From: Perkinsela sp. CCAP 1560/9
Taxonomy: Eukaryota; Protista; Euglenozoa: Kinetoplastea
Direction: 5' to 3'
Assembly (NCBI GenBank): GCA_965644495.1
Contig: CBFFSA010000017.1
Span: forward strand, 62,001 to 126,000
DNA: 64,000 nucleotides
Positions 58,201 through 64,000 of this stretch are shown here, in pieces. The notes beneath the pieces are model-generated. The model was given only the letters and a program-made list of their open reading frames with translations. It was not told the origin of the DNA and ran no database searches. Position numbers and translations under genes: made by a program. How positions within the stretch are numbered: position 1 is the first letter of the stretch; each line of letters opens with the position of its first letter.

Positions 58201-61200
58201 GGGCACGGTGAGCGATACGGAATTTCCTTATGATTTATTTTGGCGGAGTAGGCACCGCTGAAATACATCAACGTGCGATTGGGTTGTAAATGGAAGTAGG
58301 ACGAGCGAATGGGTGGTCCCCGCGTCACCCGTTCGCAAGCTGGGAGAGGACAGAAGTGTTGTGGGATTATTTAATTTTGTTATGTTATGACCGGTCATAC
58401 AGTATTCATATGAATTTTGAATGTGCATAGAATTGAACGTATCAAATATCAGATAGAAGAGGGGAATGAAGATATTGTTTTGCTTAGTGCTTTCTTTCTT
58501 TCTTATAATATTTATGATGCACAATTCTCATAGTTTACGGAGAGAATTGGGCGAATAAATTATTTACGTTATACCAGTTTATCTATTGTGTGATGGCCGA
58601 GGGGCATTGTACCTGTTGTAAGAATTCAACTGATTTGATATATACACCCCCCAGATGTAACCCCATGTGTATACAGACGAATATGACGTTTGCTATGGTG
58701 ATTATAAATTCAAGACTTTATTTCCTTTGTTAATTCGCGACAGTTAAAGTTTCCCCACCCGCCAAACCCCCTAACCACTCCCCGCGTCACCCGTTCGCAA
58801 GCTGGGAGAGGACAGAAGTGTTGTGGGATTATTTAATTTTGTTATGTTATGACCGGTCATACAGTATTCATATGAATTTTGAATGTGCATAGAATTGAAC
58901 GTATCAAATATCAGATAGAAGAGGGGAATGAAGATATTGTTTTGCTTAGTGCTTTCTTTCTTTCTTATAATATTTATGATGCACAATTCGATAGAAAACT
59001 CTGAGAAGCAACAAAAAGGCAACAAGACCACAGGGACACAAGGAGTACGCACGGCACTGAAGAAACTAGTCAATGACGAGCACGAAAAACTTGCGGCAGA
59101 GCTGAAAACAAAACCACGTTTCAGTGGAGTTATGAAGCGCTCGAAGGAAGCAAATTTTCATCTCCTCTCGACCAACAACTACGTAAACCCGTACCTCTTC
59201 CAGCAAACGCTCAAGATGAGGCTGGCCGTCAGTCTCCCTTCTTCGAGTAATATCTCCTGTCCTGGATGCGGGGTCAGTGAATCGCCCTCCGGAATATTTC
59301 CACACGTTGCAGGTTGCTCGAAATGTGCTGGGATGAACTGTACGAGAAAACACTCACACATTGTTCGATACCTTTCAAATCTATGTGGAAAAGCTGGACT
59401 CCCATGTGCGGTGGAACCGCGTCTGTATTCATCGTTCTTTTGCACGAAGTGTAAGTGCTCTATTTCACCAGAAGCAGCGGAGAGACACCCATGCAGAGCT
59501 CGTCGTATACGTTCGGGCCCCGATCTGGCCATAATGTGGCCAGATATTGGAGAAGTCCTCTACGATGTCACAGTCGTACGATAAAGGTACAGTATCGTAA
59601 CGATAAAGATACAGTTTCTGTACCTTGTTGAATTCTTTTCTTAATCTTTCTCACGTTCCATGGTTCTAACTCGCTCTAAAGCAAAACAGGAATCCAACTT
59701 TGATCGCGAAGCACAAGCTCGAGAGGGCGCGCACAAGCTCGGTTCATGGGACCAGTTTCAGGCAAACAAAGACCTGGTTAAAGGCGCTAGCACATACAAG
59801 GAAGAGCTGTACACGACACCACTTCCGCCGGATCCTTCATCAGAATTAGAACAACGGGCCGAAGACATTGCCCTCAGCATTACGAACTCTATCGAAGGCG
59901 TGACACCAGACACAGGGCGTCAGCAAACGAGCTCGGAAGAAGAATTATTTTCCAGCGTCCGTCCCACCGAGAATTCCGTTTTCCAGTTTTTTTTTTTTTT
60001 TTTTTTTTTGCTATTCACAAATGTCGCTTGCAACACTTATGACCACGGAGAGACGGGCGAGACGTGATCTCCTTTACCCCCCATTATCTTCCCTCTACCT
60101 TATATCCCATACCGTAAACTTATAATAGCTATATTAATTATACTTTTTTTTTTCTTCAAGTTTCCAATGTTTTTGTTTTTAATGTCAAATTCTAGAGGCC
60201 CATGTTTTGTGAATCGTCATTAGATAAAAAATTTCTCAGCTGAGAGAATATAATCGACCCATTTAACTCCTGCAGGCACAGAGAAAATTCGTTCAGTGTT
60301 CGGACCCTATCAAGTCCGCTGCAGTCCGCCAACGTATGCAACAAGTGCCGGAGCCCGTGATGCATAGCACCACCGGAGAGGACTGGGAGGCATACGAAAC
60401 GCTCTTGAGGTATCATCCCGGAAGCCACGTATGTGCTGTGCTTGCGCGTAATGGCCTCTCTCATCAGGGTACCGCTACGTTTCCGTGCATTAGTGGGCGC
60501 CAGCTCGTGAATTATTGTTAGGTCATAAAAGATTTCCCCAGTTGCCCAATGTATTACAATGTCAGGTCCTGACCGATGGAGGCTCGCATTTCTACAAACT
60601 TTTTGATGATCAGTTTTTCGCCATTGTGGGAACGATTCCCCGCATGTAGAGCATTTAAAAGAAGTAAACTGTCGAGGTTCCCTTTCGCATGGCACACCCG
60701 CCTTCATGCACAGTTCATAGATAATACGCACCAGATTATTATGTTTCATTGTTGTATTATTTCCGGAACACTGGACGCATCCAGCTATGTGCGAAAAGGC
60801 TGATGAAGAATCCAGAAGGGTGCGACATCCTGGGCATTGCAGACTTTCGGGAATACGAGGGTGGCTTAGACCAAGACGTGGCATCAAAGCTAATGTGAAG
60901 AATTTGGAAGGCACTAACTTTGCCGTCGAATGAAGCCACGCGGAGTTCCCTTTTTCACTTGCTGCTCTCAGCACTGGTGCAATTTTCGGGTCCTTACTCA
61001 ACGATTCTTTCTCCAGTTCGAAGGGGCCGCTCCTTCTTCACTCAGCCAATCGAAATCTACAAACAAGGCTGTGAAGGAGAAATGCGAGCGCCACAACCGG
61101 GGGATAGCTCGTACCGAATACAATTATGACGACGACAAATTAATTTTCCCCGACCTGACGCCTCAAGACCTCGACTTTTCGTTGAGCGGTGGAACCAAAG

Positions 61201-61563
61201 TAAGGAAAAAGAAAAAGCGCCCTAAAGGGATCTCACTTTCCCAGCTACATACCCAGTTATGCACCGAGTCTGGGGGCGACAGTGATGACCGTGACTCCAC
61301 AGATGCGTCAACAAGTGTTCACAGCTCTCCGGCTGAATCACCCCTGAAGAAGTTAACCCCGAAAACGGCTGTAGGCAAACGTAAACGTCCCCAGCAGGTG
61401 TCGAAAACTACCTCCCCTGACGCCCCCAAAGCTGAAACAATGAACAATGCCCCCGAACCGACCCCAACCCAAAACTGTGCGATAGAAAAAACACACACCA
61501 CGCATGAAAATACGCGAAAATGTCCCTTCGAGGGATGTACTTGGAAAACAGGGCCCCACGGGG
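55266..61563 (+). repeat. 6.3-kb direct duplication of 42585-48874 (includes SL at 59598-59630 and LsmAD stub at 59660)
   Basis: Offset about 12.69 kb; near-identical. Confidence 0.95.
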
Positions 61564-64000
61564 CAAGCAAGGAAACGGGTCATCAGGGAGAAGGCGATTA
61601 ACCATCATGCGGGCCTGAAGGCGCATGAGGGTCACGTTTAACTCCGTGAAGATTCTGCTCGTCGCCCCCCCTTCTGTCAATAACCCGCACGAGGCGTGCG
61701 AAAGCCGTTCTCCAACTTTACGGAGTACTGCGGATGCACTGCTGCTCCACGCACCGTAGCTCTCCACCACCATGGCGGTGAAGGCACAGCCGGCTTCTTC
61801 AGATTCGTGTCTCTGCTGGCCCTTTTGCGTTGATGAATATTGTTCAGCAAATGACCCCGCGGTTACCCAGCTAGCATTCCGGACTTTGTCCGTATATTTT
61901 AGTTGCTGAGCATGGGTGACCGCGAAGTCAAGTACAATCGGATTCCCCAACTGGAGACCGGGCAAATAGACATCGCCGGGTCTGGTGAGGGCGCCCCCTG
62001 GGCCTCTGTTGCCAAGACTTTTTTCTCGTTGTGGGGCCAGTTTGGCTCTGCTGCAAAGGTCGGCGAACTGATCTGCCACGGCATTATGCCTCGTGATAAT
62101 TCCATTGCCGTGTTTGCAGGACAATGCGTGGTCCCCTTTGGTGTCCAGTGGGAGAGAACATTTCGGCATAGGGCATTTCCCTTCTTCAGGGTAGACGTCG
62201 ATCCCTAACCACCAGCGGGCCAAGGTTCGAAACTCTGTAGGAGTAAAGGAATACCCCATGTCCTTAGACGGGGTTACAAAAGCCCAACTGCTTGCCCCTT
62301 TCCCGCATTGAGATATCCATCTTGTTCGTGTTCGCACATCTGACATCTCGTACGAATGAGAGAAATCATAGGCCGCGATCGCGTAGCTGATGTCTCGTTG
62401 GCGTGGAATCTTCCCTTTCCTCCATTGTGGTGGATCTGTATCAGTACAATCCTCCGAGGCATATAATGGTGTAGATAAGTGGATATCTTCAGGGATGTGC
62501 ATGGTGCGGGAAGTTGTACGGAGCGCGGGTGGTAGGGAGTTCTCTGAGGGAGGGTTATCGTTGACACTTAGGGTACGTTTCCTTTTTCGGTAAAAGAAGG
62601 GACTACTAACTGCTTTTTCGCAAGGGGCGTTCGGCGTTGTAAGGATCCGACCTCGGGGATCAAGTAAAGATGTTCCAGCTTTCTGGTTGATGTCCCTGAC
62701 AGCTTCCACAAATCCATCCGCATCAGAGGGGTTCCATGAATCTTTGTCCGCAGAGAAGGCGACGGAAGATACGTATGCGGCAGTGGCGTGTAACGCTGCG
62801 GATCTTAACCCAAAACCGCCGTGCCGCTTCAAACGTTGTGCCTGAGATCGGGCGTAGGGGTCCAGGGGGCAAATTATAGCTTCGATGGCGGTCATAAGAA
62901 AATCGTCGAGTCGGGCGCAGAGATGGGCTATGGTTTGGGGTGGTGTGCTTCTCAGGGCGTAGACCATCTGGCAGAAACCGGCACACTGCCTGATAAGAGC
63001 AAGTGCAACCTGTGGGTCCCGAATGGTGGCGATCGCGTCGAGCGTATCCTCAGCGGGGCCTATGGCGTGGATCGCGAGATACTCTGAGCAGTGTTCGGGC
63101 GATCCCACCGGGCTTCCAAGGATGTCGAAATTGCCATGGACGTTGATCTTATTGACGGGTATGTCTGGAAATTCAGAGGCGTGGTGTGCCGAGGTCGGGG
63201 GTGTAATGATCTCGCATTTAGACATGTTAAGGAATAAGCCCCATTGCGGACCTACTCTGGCAATCGTGTCGAGGGCGTTCCTGACGTCTTGCGCCTGGCC
63301 AATGAGGACACCGTCGTCGAGGTACCACAGCTGGGCGAAGAGGTCCGCCTGAAGATCGATTGCTTCTGAGAGCGCTAAGGACACTAATGAGAAGAGTAGC
63401 GGTCCTAAAGGGTCGCCCTGCTGCACTCCTTCTTCGGAAGAAAGTGATCGGAGTCCGTAGGTAAGGGAGCTGGGATTTGCGTAGCACCAGTTTATCCATG
63501 GGAATAGCTCAGGGAAATGTTCCTGGACTAGAGGTAGAAAGCAAGCTCTGCTCACGTTGTTGAACGCGTTCCGGAGGTCAACTTTGCATAGTACAAAATT
63601 GGGGCAATCCATGTTCGATGAAATAGCCAAGCGGCACATGTGGATTATGCGCTCAGCCCCTGCTGGTGTAGCTACACCATATTGCCGACCAGCGAAAAGA
63701 GTACTAGCTTTGGACCGAACCGCGTTGCACGCAGCCTTGCTCACCAACCGTCTCACAGTTTCTCCTGCGGCAATTGGGCGGACGTCGTTTTCGCCTTTCT
63801 CTAAAGCGCACAGCCGGGCTCCAGCAAAGTGGCTCTGTACTTCCACTGGTGCTTTTCCCGCTAGGAGGTGATTCGCCAGCTTCGTTAGAGACTGGAGTGA
63901 ATTAATGTTCTTGCCTCCGTGGGTAAGTATCGCCGCTTGTAAGTGCTCGGGGCGCAGTCCCATTGTGCCCGCGGAGGAGCCTCGGTGAAAACCCCTTACC
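61564..64000 (-). mobile_element. Group-B CRE element, running off the window, 3' tip truncated
   Basis: VRPIAAGE, DLRNAFN, GVQQGDPLG, WYLDDG, RHN, RPGD, AMVVESYG. Confidence 0.9.

Noticed and set aside
61408-61563. C-terminal extension of the 851-aa ORF
   Set aside because: Read-through across a junction into the antisense of another element
1-64000. Whole window as an amplification or cDNA chimera artefact
   Set aside because: Four nested inserts have TSDs and two more restore the host sequence precisely on removal, and duplicate copies carry SNPs; individual blunt joins still need read support

Overview
No ordinary host gene is recognisable in this 64-kb window. It is a dense nest of eukaryotic retroelements on both strands, from a euglenozoan (kinetoplastid-like) genome, judged by a spliced-leader (SL) exon TAACGATAAAG(A/C)TACAGTTTCTGTACCTTGTTG at many element 5' ends. 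Three classes are present. (1) About 20 copies or fragments of CRE/SLACS-type non-LTR retrotransposons (RT plus restriction-like endonuclease) in two subgroups. They are integrated as SL-capped, poly(A)-tailed mRNA copies, often nested with 6-8 bp TSDs, and not in SL RNA genes. (2) VIPER/TATE-like tyrosine-recombinase retroelements (gag-YR-RT/RNaseH) with split direct repeats (A...B-A-B), about 420-470 bp solo A-B units, a conserved G GAT TTT -1 frameshift site and a TGA-CTA stop between gag and YR. (3) Scraps of an APE-type LINE. Highlights: a tandem 'relict' SL re-spliced at its own AG; a CRE element whose reconstructed 1351-aa ORF begins with an Ataxin-2/Pbp1 LsmAD domain; another with Mer3/HFM1-like Cys/His motifs and a hydrophobic hairpin; and a Tudor/SH3-like module apparently shared by all three element classes. 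A 6.3-kb block is duplicated, and there is a 200-N gap. Domain calls are by eye, from remembered consensus motifs, and need HMM or structure confirmation.
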